64,000 nucleotides of DNA from an uncultured Verrucomicrobiota bacterium (GCA_903835555.1 CAILNN010000007.1:16342-80341); one strand, 5' to 3'. Counted from the first letter of the stretch, positions 36,333 through 46,011 are shown. Program-made: numbers and translations. Notes: a model not told the origin generated them from the sequence alone.

Positions 36333-39159
36333 ACTTCGGCAGCACGAGGCCTATGCGGTGCGCGAGCGGCGGCGCACAGCTCGACAAACAAACGTCAGCG
36401 AGCCGACGAACAGCACCAGTGAGGAAAAAACAGCATCCCTAGGTCGTTTGCCAAGCGATTCGGTTGGCTTGGCTTTCTCAGGGGGTGGGATTCGATCAGC
36501 CACCTTTTGCCTGGGAGTGCTTCAAGGCTTGGCCAAGAAGGACCGGCTTCGACGCATTGATTTTCTTTCAACGGTCTCAGGGGGCGGTTACATCGGGTGT
36601 TTCCTGGGGCGACTATTTACCCGCCAACCCATTCCAAAATTGGGGGCTGATCAGGAATGCCAGTCGTGTCATGGAATCCCCTGTGGTTGCGACCCATGTG
36701 ACAATGTGCAACGGATATTACTGAATAGTCGATCGTCTCCCATCCAATGGCTCCGGGCACATGGCAATTATATCTTTACCAGCGGTTCGGATGAAATCGA
36801 AGGTGTGGGTGGTCTTTGGCGAAATTTGGCTGCCATCCACCTAGTTCTCGCGTTTTTTGGGACCGGGATTTTTGGAATCCTGCATATTTTGGGAGAAATG
36901 AGTGGTGGCTTTCAAATGCTCGAAGCTCCGGTGGTTTTTGGTATTGCTCTAAGTGTTTGGTGGCCCCTGCCGCCACTGTTATTTGCCTTTGCCGTTATTC
37001 CCAATTCTCTGGCTTACTGGTTGGTGCCCAGGAGCGGAAACGCGGCGCGCTTCAATTTTGTCCCTCTAGGAGTCTGGCTGCTGCTTTTCTCGACCCTCGG
37101 ACTCATGCTGGCCGCAGCCGACGCGCCCGTCGGCGGGCTTCTTGCGGTGGCGATTTTGGCCTCGACCCCGATATGGCTGGAATTGACTGGTTATCGTCCG
37201 TCATCGCAAGAACGCATAAAACGGCATTCGACAGAATCCCACCCAATTTCCGACCGATCGCAGAATCGGGATCGATTGACGCTTGGATTGGGGGAGGTTC
37301 TCGCTCTGTTTGCCGCATCTCTTATCTGGGTGTTCATTGATACGCTGGCAAAAAACCTCGCGTCGGGAAATCTCATCTACATCCTGGGGGGATGGAGCGC
37401 GCTTGCGAGCGCACTGTTTCCCTTTTTGCAAAAAGTTGCCAAAAAATGGATGAATCCAGCCAAGACCTCCGGTACGAATCCCTTCCTAAGCACCGGTACC
37501 AAGGCGGCCCTTATCGCCATTCCATTGGTGATCGTGTTGATGAGCTTGCAGGATGCCTTTGTTCATTGGCTTTTCTTGCAGAATTCTATCTGGGGATTGG
37601 AGGTCACGGGATTGGCAATCGGAACTTCCCTTCTGCTGGGAACGGCTGTTCAGTTCTTGAACACTTCTTCGCTATTGCACGCCTACACAGAACGGTTGTC
37701 CCGTTGTTTTCTGGGTGCCTCCAACCCAAAACGCAGCAGCGATTCGGAAGATGCAAACCAAAACGTGCTAATCTCTGAGCCGGAGGATGACCTGCCATTC
37801 CATCAATATCATCCGGAACAGCACGGTGGCCCTCTCCACCTCATCAACCTCTGTATCAATGAGACCGTGGATGCCGTCTCGCAGCGCGAGGCGAGGGATC
37901 GCAAAGGGCTTTCAATGTGCGTCGGGCCTTGTGGAGTCAGCGTCGGGAGGCGCTTTCACTCCCTGTGGAGCCTTCAGCCGGCAAAAAGCGATTTGACCTC
38001 GAGGTTGATTCATTGGGTCCAGCATCGTACGAACGCGCTGGATGCTCAAGTCGCTCTCAAGCCAATCGTGCGATCGAGTGAAACCTTCCACGTCTTAATG
38101 GGGAAAACCGAAGGAGCCGTCTCGGTGGAACCGCTGCCGCTCTCTTTGTGGATGGGCATCTCAGCGGCTGCGTTTGGAACCGGAACGGGAGGGTCAACTT
38201 GTCTTTCGTTTTCCCTCCTTTGCGGATTGGCGAATGTGCGCCTGGGGTACTGGTGGAATAGCGGTTTATCGCCGGGTGATCGCCCGGGTCGTTATCCGCA
38301 AGACCTATGGCAACGATTGAAACAACTTCCGATGTATCTGACCCGGATGCAGCATATGTTGCTGGCTGAATTTCGGGGAAGTTTTGCTGGGCCGGGACAG
38401 CGATATTGGAATCTTTCCGACGGAGGACATTTCGAAATCACGGGTCTTTATGAACTAATTCGGCGGCGAGTGCCCTTCATCATCGCCGTCGATGCCGGAC
38501 ACGATATCGCCCTGACGTTCAGCGATCTGGGCGATTTGGTTCGACTTGTGAGGATTGATTTTTGCGCCGAGATGACCTTTCTTGATCAGGAGCAGGTTCA
38601 AAGTCTCAAACGCTATGTCGAAGGGGGACACGAATATATTGAGGCGACATTGTCTAGTCCCTTGAAGAAGGAGTTGATTCCAGAAGGGCCGCCCGCACTC
38701 GATCCAAAGAAGCTGGAGGAGTTGGAAACGGAATTAGCAGGACATGAATTGAAGTTGTTCCAGAACGGTTTCTTGGATTCAATGGTGATTAATTCAGCAT
38801 CCGACAGTGCTCGCAAAGCGAGACTCCTCGATCAGGGGTTGAAGGAGCATTTTTGGTGGTCCAGATGGCTTCAATTCGACGCGATTAGCTCGCTGGAAAA
38901 GATTGGCAAGAATGACGGCAAACACGCCGCTTTGGCTCGGGTCGCGTTTCCTCCAACCTGCAATGAATACGTCAACACCCTTTGGGTTATTCTACTGAAA
39001 TCGAGTCTGACCGGCGATGAGTCCTTGGACATCAAGTCGTTTAAACAGGCTGATCCCGACTTCCCAAATGATTCTACCACCAATCAATTCTTTACTGAAG
39101 GCCAATGGGAAAGCTACCGCTGTTTGGGCGAACACATTTCCACGACCGTCTTGAAATGA
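36316..39159 (+). CDS. Patatin/cPLA2-like phospholipase with a large polytopic membrane insertion
   Basis: Start chosen at MNYPFELRQ (36316, a 17-nt overlap with the GMC gene). It has an oxyanion motif (SGGGIRS), a nucleophile motif (STVSGGGYIG) and, about 650 aa later, the Asp motif (LSDGGHFEITG). Multiple TM helices lie between them. Confidence 0.75.
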   Translation: MNYPFELRQHEAYAVRERRRTARQTNVSEPTNSTSEEKTASLGRLPSDSVGLAFSGGGIRSATFCLGVLQGLAKKDRLRRIDFLSTVSGGGYIGCFLGRLFTRQPIPKLGADQECQSCHGIPCGCDPCDNVQRILLNSRSSPIQWLRAHGNYIFTSGSDEIEGVGGLWRNLAAIHLVLAFFGTGIFGILHILGEMSGGFQMLEAPVVFGIALSVWWPLPPLLFAFAVIPNSLAYWLVPRSGNAARFNFVPLGVWLLLFSTLGLMLAAADAPVGGLLAVAILASTPIWLELTGYRPSSQERIKRHSTESHPISDRSQNRDRLTLGLGEVLALFAASLIWVFIDTLAKNLASGNLIYILGGWSALASALFPFLQKVAKKWMNPAKTSGTNPFLSTGTKAALIAIPLVIVLMSLQDAFVHWLFLQNSIWGLEVTGLAIGTSLLLGTAVQFLNTSSLLHAYTERLSRCFLGASNPKRSSDSEDANQNVLISEPEDDLPFHQYHPEQHGGPLHLINLCINETVDAVSQREARDRKGLSMCVGPCGVSVGRRFHSLWSLQPAKSDLTSRLIHWVQHRTNALDAQVALKPIVRSSETFHVLMGKTEGAVSVEPLPLSLWMGISAAAFGTGTGGSTCLSFSLLCGLANVRLGYWWNSGLSPGDRPGRYPQDLWQRLKQLPMYLTRMQHMLLAEFRGSFAGPGQRYWNLSDGGHFEITGLYELIRRRVPFIIAVDAGHDIALTFSDLGDLVRLVRIDFCAEMTFLDQEQVQSLKRYVEGGHEYIEATLSSPLKKELIPEGPPALDPKKLEELETELAGHELKLFQNGFLDSMVINSASDSARKARLLDQGLKEHFWWSRWLQFDAISSLEKIGKNDGKHAALARVAFPPTCNEYVNTLWVILLKSSLTGDESLDIKSFKQADPDFPNDSTTNQFFTEGQWESYRCLGEHISTTVLK

Positions 39160-39203
39160 AAGGGGCTTCCTTAATTGCAACTGGCCAAAATCGAATTCAT
39201 TCG

Positions 39204-41252
39204 ATGCAAATGACCGTCATCACGCAAGTAAAGCCTCTCGGCCTTGTCGTCGCTATCAGCCTTTTGGCTATGGGATGCCAATCGATTTCCTCGTCGTTCA
39301 GGTTTGATGAGCGCATCCTTGTCAAGGTTCCAGGGTTGCCGTCTGGGGATACAGTCTGCCGGACGAATGGCTGGAGCTTCAAGCCGATCGTCGCAGCCAC
39401 AAGCACAAATTTTGCCCAACCATTGCCAGCCCAGTGGTATATGGCATGGAAAGATGCTGACGCGACCCATTCCCCTAAAAAGCTTTGTAAGAGTGATAGT
39501 TGGAAGCGGGTTCGTCGCTTGACCCCAGAGCTGGCCAGCGCCAGCTATCGCGCTTTTGGCGATTACCCGGAGATTGTAGAACCCAACTTGATTTTTGCCG
39601 AGGAGAGCCAGGGGCAAAAGACTAATGGCAGCCCAAAGGACGTTCAGTTGACAACTAGCGGTTCGGAAATCCCCACGGTTACTATCGGTGCGCAACCTTC
39701 CAAGGCCTGGCCAATCCCCAAGAGCAAGGATGGAATCTTCTCCCCTTTTTGGCATTTGGATAGTGAGCACTCTCAACTTAAAGATGCGCGCGAGTATGTC
39801 CAGGCTCACTCAACCACTCCGCCAGAAAACATCCGTATTGGAATTTTGGACAATGGCTTCGACGCTGCCCACGTCGCGATGCCGAAGGCACCTCGAATGG
39901 TGGATTTGCCTGAGGGAAATGCTGTAGCAGTACTGCTGAATAAAGATGACGTTGCTCCGATCGCTAGCCCTGGTGCCATTCGGGCTCATCATGGGACGGG
40001 CACAACGAGTCTGCTCGCAGGTGGGAGGATTCGTGTAGTAGAGGTTCAGAATGGAAAGACAAATCAGACCGTCGAATACCTCGGTGCCGCGCCCGATTCC
40101 ACGATTGTTCCAGTTCGCATTGCCCCTTGGGTTTTTTCGTTGTCCACCGCCAACTTGGCCTATGGAATCGACTATGCCAGTCGTCGCCAGCAATGTGATG
40201 TTTTATCCTTGAGTCATGGCGGAGGTCCGTCCCTCATCTGGGTTGATGCGATCAACGCCGCTTATGAGCGTGGCACCGCCATATTTGCCGCAACGGGCGA
40301 TTTTTACCATCTCTCGGGAACCGAACTCGGCGTTCTCGTGCCATCATCCACGGTCTACCCCGCCTCTTTTCGGAGAGTCGTTGGAGTCACGGGTGTAACC
40401 TCCGATGGTAAGACATATGCCAAGAACAATTGCTTTAAGATGGTCCGCGCATTTTGGTCGGTGAATAGTTGGTTGCAGTGGTTCATGCGGGGAAGTTATG
40501 GGGCGGATTTCGAAAGCCACTGGCTCCTCGGCTCAAACAACGACCCAGACCCCTCGCAAGTCCTTCGCAACGGGCGGCTGCATGCCTATCCCATCGCTGC
40601 TTATACTCCGAATGTTCCATGGGCGGTCTCATCAACGGACGAAAATAATCCGAATGGCGACATAAACCGAATCGATCTCGACGGAGCCGGCACATCGGCA
40701 GCGGCCCCTCAGGTCGCTGGAGCTGCAGCGTTGTGGTTGCAAGCGAACGCCGACGCGATTAAGAAGGATGGGAAATGGAATTCCTGGGAAAAGGCTGAAT
40801 CTGTCTATGTGGCCTTACTGACATCCGCGGAGCGACAACGGACCAACCAACCGGACCATTATATAGGGGCGGGAATTCTAAAGGCTCGCCGGGCCTTGGA
40901 CCTCTCCTACTCGGAGGTTGTTTCCAACAGGTTGGAGGCGGTAGAGCGGAAGCATGGGACCAACGTGACGACCCTGGCCTTGCGTTTTACCTGCGCACCC
41001 AGGGACTATTTTGACGGCCAACGGGCCAGTGCTCAACTTCTGATGCCGTGGCATCACCAACCAAAGGTCGAGACCCGTTTGTATCTACGGCAGTCTCCCG
41101 AGTATTTCACGACTCGCGAAAATGCCATTCATAATGTGCTGTTTAACAGTATTTTGCTTGAATGCTATCAACATGCCGAAACACCTACGACCAACGATCT
41201 AAAAAGTCTGGAAAAGCAGGTGGCGAAATGGCAATTGATGGTTCACGAATAA
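39204..41252 (+). CDS. Subtilisin-like (S8) serine protease, lipoprotein
   Basis: It has the D/H/S triad motifs (GILDNGFD, HGTGTTSLLAG, GTSAAAPQVAGAAALW) and a lipobox (LLAMGC). An alternative start is ATG 39156, which forms an ATGA overlap with the patatin stop. Confidence 0.8.
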   Translation: MQMTVITQVKPLGLVVAISLLAMGCQSISSSFRFDERILVKVPGLPSGDTVCRTNGWSFKPIVAATSTNFAQPLPAQWYMAWKDADATHSPKKLCKSDSWKRVRRLTPELASASYRAFGDYPEIVEPNLIFAEESQGQKTNGSPKDVQLTTSGSEIPTVTIGAQPSKAWPIPKSKDGIFSPFWHLDSEHSQLKDAREYVQAHSTTPPENIRIGILDNGFDAAHVAMPKAPRMVDLPEGNAVAVLLNKDDVAPIASPGAIRAHHGTGTTSLLAGGRIRVVEVQNGKTNQTVEYLGAAPDSTIVPVRIAPWVFSLSTANLAYGIDYASRRQQCDVLSLSHGGGPSLIWVDAINAAYERGTAIFAATGDFYHLSGTELGVLVPSSTVYPASFRRVVGVTGVTSDGKTYAKNNCFKMVRAFWSVNSWLQWFMRGSYGADFESHWLLGSNNDPDPSQVLRNGRLHAYPIAAYTPNVPWAVSSTDENNPNGDINRIDLDGAGTSAAAPQVAGAAALWLQANADAIKKDGKWNSWEKAESVYVALLTSAERQRTNQPDHYIGAGILKARRALDLSYSEVVSNRLEAVERKHGTNVTTLALRFTCAPRDYFDGQRASAQLLMPWHHQPKVETRLYLRQSPEYFTTRENAIHNVLFNSILLECYQHAETPTTNDLKSLEKQVAKWQLMVHE

Positions 41253-41458
41253 TTCGTCCCAATTGAGTATCCCACGGCGATAAACGACACCAGCGTCCTG
41301 AAATTAAAGGAACGCAAAGCCTTTGAAATGATACCGATTATCACGGCCACATACGCAAATACGATTACCGGCTTGGCTGTCGACGACAAACCTGACCCAG
41401 CACCTTGAATATACAAAAATATCCCTGCAAACTGGGAAATCGTCGCAGCGATCGACAA
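41243..41458 (-). CDS. Possible small hydrophobic protein (71 aa)
   Basis: The only support is an ORF with 2-3 hydrophobic segments. It is convergent with the S8 gene and overlaps its 3' end by 10 nt, and the local GC content looks lower. Confidence 0.3.
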   Translation of the reverse strand: MSIAATISQFAGIFLYIQGAGSGLSSTAKPVIVFAYVAVIIGIISKALRSFNFRTLVSFIAVGYSIGTNYS

Positions 41459-41489
41459 TGCGTAAAGGTGCCCATGGTCGACTTCGTTC

Positions 41490-42296
41490 TTACGGATTAT
41501 GCGGAGTAGTGGAGGCGCGTTTGCGGAAGACGAGGATGTGCTGGCGTGGGAGGGTGTCGACGACTTCGACCCAGTCCAATGGGTGGAGCGCCATTTCTGT
41601 GCGGACTTGGGCTGTAGTCATTTTGTGCAGCCGTTTGATCGGCACGGAATCGTCTTCGCCACGGTATTCCACCAAGACCAGGCGTCCGCCCACTTTAAGG
41701 GACTGGACGACTCCGCTAATGATCTCATAGGGGAACTCGCACTCGTGGTAGACATCGACGAAGATGGCCAGGTCGACTTGATTGGTTGGAAGTCTGGGAT
41801 CGGACTCGGTTCCTTGAATGGTCACGACGTTGGTAACGCCGTGGGAAGCGACATTGGTGCGCAGGATGGCCAGCATTTCCGGCTGTATATCATTGGCATA
41901 GACACGTCCGCCTGGAGCCACCAGACGAGCCATGCGCCATGAAAGGTAGCCGCTGCCGGCACCAATATCTGCCACTACTTGCCCTGGCTTGAGTCCCAAG
42001 GCGATGATCAACTGGGAGGGTTGTTCTTCCTCTTCGCGCTCTGGGCGTTCCAGCCAGGGAGCCCCCTCGTGACTCATGAAATGGGCTATTTCACGGCCCA
42101 TAAACCATTTCCCGATGCCATCGGGCGATCCTGGACGGAGTTCGTAACGAGATTTCTGGACGGTCTTTTGATCAGGCTTAGGAGGCGGAGCCTGGGTTTC
42201 CGCAACTGCATTGCAGAGGCATGACAGGATCGACCAAGCGAGAAGAACGGGGAGCAAACGGATGAAATGCGGAATCGCAAATGGACGGATAATCAT
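41490..42296 (-). CDS. Class I SAM-dependent methyltransferase with signal peptide
   Basis: It has the SAM motif VVADIGAGSGYLS. The start MIIRPFAIPHF... forms an ATGA overlap with the upstream stop (42293-42296); the alternative start is 42317. Confidence 0.7.
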   Translation of the reverse strand: MIIRPFAIPHFIRLLPVLLAWSILSCLCNAVAETQAPPPKPDQKTVQKSRYELRPGSPDGIGKWFMGREIAHFMSHEGAPWLERPEREEEEQPSQLIIALGLKPGQVVADIGAGSGYLSWRMARLVAPGGRVYANDIQPEMLAILRTNVASHGVTNVVTIQGTESDPRLPTNQVDLAIFVDVYHECEFPYEIISGVVQSLKVGGRLVLVEYRGEDDSVPIKRLHKMTTAQVRTEMALHPLDWVEVVDTLPRQHILVFRKRASTTPHNP

Positions 42297-43054
42297 GGGA
42301 AGGCGTGGATTTGGCAAGCGGCAATGAAGTCGAAAAACAGTCGCCGATGGATCGGGTACTTGGGGGCGAGCCGCTCTGGGTGAAACTGAACGGATTGAAA
42401 CCAGGCGTTTCGGGTGCGTTCTTCGGGGGTGAACTCAGTCGCTTCAATCAGTCCGTCGGGTGCAAAAGCGGTTGGTCGGAGCCCAGGTGCCATACGGTCG
42501 ATGGCCTGATGGTGGGTGCTGTTGACGCCGATATCATCGTGTCCATAAAGTTCGAAGAAATGGGTTCCGGGAATCGCTTGGACGGTGTGGATGGCCTCGA
42601 ACCGTCGGTCGTAGTCGCAATGGCCGATGGGACTGGGGCGTTGGATTGGTAGATCGACAATGAGGGTTCCGCCCAATACCACGTTCACCAATTGATGACC
42701 GCGGCAAATGGCCAGGAGCGGCTTTTTCTGCCGGAATATTTCCTGAATGAGCAGCAATTCCATGGAATCGCGACCTGGCAGGGCAAATTCGCAGGTGGCT
42801 CTCAATTCGGGTGACGCCTCGAATCCATAGAGGCTGGGTTCGATATCGCCGCCGCCGGTCATCAGAATACCGTCCGCGCGGGCGACAGCCGTGCGGATTC
42901 CTTCGTGGTCGGGCACAACGGGCAGGCAGAGCGGCATGGCCCCGGCTTGAGTTAGTGCGTGGATATAATCATAAGCCACGCTGACCGACGGGTCCGGAAA
43001 TTCCCCACCGGATTCGGAGGTGCTGGAGGTCACCAGTATCAAGGGGCGTTTCAT
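42293..43054 (-). CDS. Gamma-glutamyl-GABA hydrolase-like class I glutamine amidotransferase (peptidase C26)
   Basis: It has LLAICRGHQLVN (nucleophile Cys), STHHQAI and QFHPE motifs. Confidence 0.75.
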   Translation of the reverse strand: MKRPLILVTSSTSESGGEFPDPSVSVAYDYIHALTQAGAMPLCLPVVPDHEGIRTAVARADGILMTGGGDIEPSLYGFEASPELRATCEFALPGRDSMELLLIQEIFRQKKPLLAICRGHQLVNVVLGGTLIVDLPIQRPSPIGHCDYDRRFEAIHTVQAIPGTHFFELYGHDDIGVNSTHHQAIDRMAPGLRPTAFAPDGLIEATEFTPEERTRNAWFQSVQFHPERLAPKYPIHRRLFFDFIAACQIHAFP

Positions 43055-43119
43055 GGTGAATCGAATTTATTGGATTCTGGTGCTTTGTTGGCGAAAAAAG
43101 AAACTGCAGTTCGAGTCCA

Positions 43120-43422
43120 TTACGCGGCCGCAGTAGCAACAGTGAATTGGTGTTCCGGATATTTTTCGCGAATGCGCTGGCGGACGGCTTCAATTTGCGA
43201 CGGTGGCGTGAGGTCGCGTGCCGCTCGGCGCTCGAGGTTTTCCAGCAAGTCCAGCCAGTCATTCAGAGCAGGAGTGGCAATTTTCTGCCACTGAACATCT
43301 TTCCCCTTGCGCTTGGGGCGTTCGTGAAAGGCCCATTCACCGCCAAACTTTCGGGCAAATACGTGGCGTTTCACGCCATCAGCACCCGGGGTGGTCCATC
43401 CAACCTCATTCTTGCCACTCAT
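43120..43422 (-). CDS. Hypothetical protein (100 aa)
   Basis: It is an ORF translationally coupled to ispF (ATGA at 43419-43422). I recognise no motif in it. Confidence 0.5.
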   Translation of the reverse strand: MSGKNEVGWTTPGADGVKRHVFARKFGGEWAFHERPKRKGKDVQWQKIATPALNDWLDLLENLERRAARDLTPPSQIEAVRQRIREKYPEHQFTVATAAA

Positions 43423-43913
43423 TTCAGGACCTCCAATTCAGGCAGGTCGATACTGGCGACGGCCATGGCGGCGATGCCCTCTTCGCGACCGATGAATCCA
43501 AGACGTTCATTGGTCGTGGCCTTTACACCAACCCGCCGGGCATCGATTCCGAGGGCCTCGCCGAGGGACTGCTTCATCGCAGCGAGGTGGGGTGCAATCT
43601 TGGGGCGCTCGGCAATCAAAGAAGCGTCAATATTGACCAAGCGTCCACCCCTCAATGCGACTTGTCTAGCGGCTTCAGCCAGGAATACCCGACTGGGTGC
43701 TCCTTTCCACTGCGGGTCGGTGTTGGGGAAAAAATGGCCGATATCGGGCTCACCCAATGCGCCCAGGATGGCGTCGGTGATGGCATGAGCGAGGACGTCG
43801 GCATCGCTATGCCCGGCCAATCCACGGCTGTGAGGAATTTCGACCCCGCCCAGAACAAGTTTTCGCCCGATGGCGAAGGGATGAACGTCATACCCAATCC
43901 CAACAAATATCAT
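43419..43913 (-). CDS. ispF: 2-C-methyl-D-erythritol 2,4-cyclodiphosphate synthase
   Basis: It has the IspF motifs GIGYDVHPF...GGVEIPHSRGLAGHSDADVLAHAITDAILGA. Confidence 0.92.
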   Translation of the reverse strand: MIFVGIGYDVHPFAIGRKLVLGGVEIPHSRGLAGHSDADVLAHAITDAILGALGEPDIGHFFPNTDPQWKGAPSRVFLAEAARQVALRGGRLVNIDASLIAERPKIAPHLAAMKQSLGEALGIDARRVGVKATTNERLGFIGREEGIAAMAVASIDLPELEVLK

Positions 43914-44025
43914 GGACGGAGTTTAGGCGGGGATTTCACTGCCTGAAATTTGATTTTTGCCGTTGCGCAGATTCAGGCGGGAAATGCTTTAAAGAAAGTG
44001 CTCCAAAGGCCGAGGTTGCCGTCTG

Positions 44026-45093
44026 TTAGAACCAGTCCAATCGGTCGGAATTCGAGTAGTAAAATACGCCCAAAAGACGTGCAAGAACCACGCCGAAATA
44101 GATGAAATTGGCCGCCCCCCATAGATCGCGCACACCAGCAATGGCGTATTGTCCAGCTGCGATATTTCCGAGAAAATAGGTCAAGCCGATCAGAGCGAGA
44201 ACCGACACTAGGAGGAGGTAGTCCCAAAGAACTGTCCGAATGGAGTAGAAGATGAAAACCACATCGGCGGCTTCCCAAGTTTCCGCCATGGCGACCGCCA
44301 AGACAGCCATGGGAAAACAGAAAGCACCGGCCAGCGCAAAGACGGTGGAGACTCCGGCCATCGTGGAGAAAGAGTTCGCCGAGGACTGTGCCAGTAAAAT
44401 GAGGGCGGGACCGAAGCAGACGAGGATGCAGGAAATCCAGAGGATTAGCGGACGTAGAACGTCACTGGCGGCGGTTTGAAGCTCTGGCCATTTGGGGACT
44501 TCAGCTTCGCCTTGAGACGAGGCTTGAAGGACAATTTGCAACGATCCAAACAAATAACCGGTGCCAAAAATGCTGAGTGCGGCGGAGAAAACCCGAAATG
44601 GGAGAGCCAGATAACCAAGTAGCCAGAGGATGGCCAAGCCCCCGACACCAATCCCAAGGATTACCGAGCCATCGCCCCGGAAAGGATAGGAAAGCGCGGG
44701 TAGGATTTCGCGGGCGAAGGGTTGGCGTTCTGTCCGGACACGACCGGCCTCCACCTCAATCCGTTCCGGGGGCCGCACCAATGGGCGGACGCCAGGAAAC
44801 ATGTCGCCTAAAGGGCGCCAACCGGTGGCTCCTTCACTCCAACCCAAATCCAGCAAACTGACATGAGCGGACTGAATCAGCGCGACAACCCCTTCACGGG
44901 TTAAGGGGCCTTGCCTTTTGCCGTCCCGAACCAAGTAATAGCCTTTGGCTGCGGGCAGACGCCCCAATTCATCGGCATCGCGAATCTTCAGCCGGGGCTT
45001 CGGCTCCTCCATAAACGGAACAGAAATCGGGTCCCGGCGGACAGGATCCGTCTGAACCGGGTCACCGGAATCCGACTGAGATGGGATTGGCAT
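44026..45093 (-). CDS. GYF_2-like domain membrane protein
   Basis: The N-terminal YYLVRDGKRQGPLTREGVVALI...GWSEGATGWRPL resembles a GYF_2 domain. The C-terminal half is polytopic. Confidence 0.55.
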   Translation of the reverse strand: MPIPSQSDSGDPVQTDPVRRDPISVPFMEEPKPRLKIRDADELGRLPAAKGYYLVRDGKRQGPLTREGVVALIQSAHVSLLDLGWSEGATGWRPLGDMFPGVRPLVRPPERIEVEAGRVRTERQPFAREILPALSYPFRGDGSVILGIGVGGLAILWLLGYLALPFRVFSAALSIFGTGYLFGSLQIVLQASSQGEAEVPKWPELQTAASDVLRPLILWISCILVCFGPALILLAQSSANSFSTMAGVSTVFALAGAFCFPMAVLAVAMAETWEAADVVFIFYSIRTVLWDYLLLVSVLALIGLTYFLGNIAAGQYAIAGVRDLWGAANFIYFGVVLARLLGVFYYSNSDRLDWF

Positions 45094-45172
45094 ACGGGCG
45101 GATGACTAAGATTCCGTATCACAGGAACAGAGCATTGGCGACCTAAAGTTTTGAATTCAGGCCCATTGGACG

Positions 45173-45946
45173 ATGCGCTATCGTTCGCCGGTGACGATTA
45201 TTGGTGTGATTCCGGCCCGGTATGCTTCGACACGGTTTCCCGGCAAGCCGCTGGCCTTGATAGCCGGCAAGACGTTGATCGAGCGAGTGGTGGCTCAATG
45301 CCGAAAAGCACGAGCGCTTTCCGAAGTGGTGGTCGCTACAGATGACGATCGGATTGCCACGGTCGCCCGGCAATTTGCCCGTGTGGAAATGACATCGCCA
45401 GACCATTCCAGCGGGACGGACCGAATTGCGGAGGTGGCCAGAAGGGTTCCTGGCGATGCGTATGTGAATATCCAAGGGGATGAACCGCTGATTAATCCCA
45501 CGGTGATTGATGCAGTCGCAGCACTATTGAGCGAATTTCCGATGTCGACGGCGTCGACACCCATTCGGAGCCTGCATGATTACAATAACCCCAACGTAGT
45601 CAAGGTTGTGGCGGCGTTGGACCGACGAGCCCTTTATTTTTCGCGCCGGACCCTGCCGTACCTCCGCGATCGAGCGAACGAGGCTGAAGAAGTTCAAGTC
45701 GCCAGCTTTCCGTTCCAAAAGCATTTGGGAATATACGGATATCGGCGGGAAACGCTACTTCGGCTGGTGGGGTGGCCAGTTTCATCATTAGAGGCGGCGG
45801 AACGATTGGAGCAATTGCGGGCCCTGGAACATGGAATCGCCATCGGGGTTGTGGAGGTGGCTCATGATAGCTTGGGGGTGGATTTGCCCGGGGATATTGC
45901 CCGGGCTGAAGCCGCACTGTTTAAAGACTTGGCAAACGCAAGCTAA
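45173..45946 (+). CDS. kdsB: 3-deoxy-manno-octulosonate cytidylyltransferase (CMP-KDO synthetase)
   Basis: It has IIGVIPARYASTRFPGKPL...VVVATDDDRI...NIQGDEP. Confidence 0.88.
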   Translation: MRYRSPVTIIGVIPARYASTRFPGKPLALIAGKTLIERVVAQCRKARALSEVVVATDDDRIATVARQFARVEMTSPDHSSGTDRIAEVARRVPGDAYVNIQGDEPLINPTVIDAVAALLSEFPMSTASTPIRSLHDYNNPNVVKVVAALDRRALYFSRRTLPYLRDRANEAEEVQVASFPFQKHLGIYGYRRETLLRLVGWPVSSLEAAERLEQLRALEHGIAIGVVEVAHDSLGVDLPGDIARAEAALFKDLANAS

Positions 45947-46011
45947 ATTGAAGAAAAGCCGGTTGATTTTATTCTTTCCGTTGGGAGTGGGGGGGGAGAA
46001 GCTACCATCCC

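Noticed and set aside
36316-41252. Patatin lipase plus protease as effectors of an anti-phage defence system (CBASS or similar)
   Set aside because: No cyclase, NTPase, nuclease, sensor or other defence hallmark lies nearby. The genes are coupled to redox enzymes instead, so a metabolic or envelope role is more parsimonious.
43095-43120. T-loop-like gttcgagtcc string suggesting a tRNA
   Set aside because: The flanking bases cannot form a T-stem or an acceptor stem, and no anticodon arm is present.
43147-43946. Two plus-strand ORFs of 213 and 242 aa
   Set aside because: They are antisense to ispF and the coupled 100-aa gene. ispF is unambiguous.
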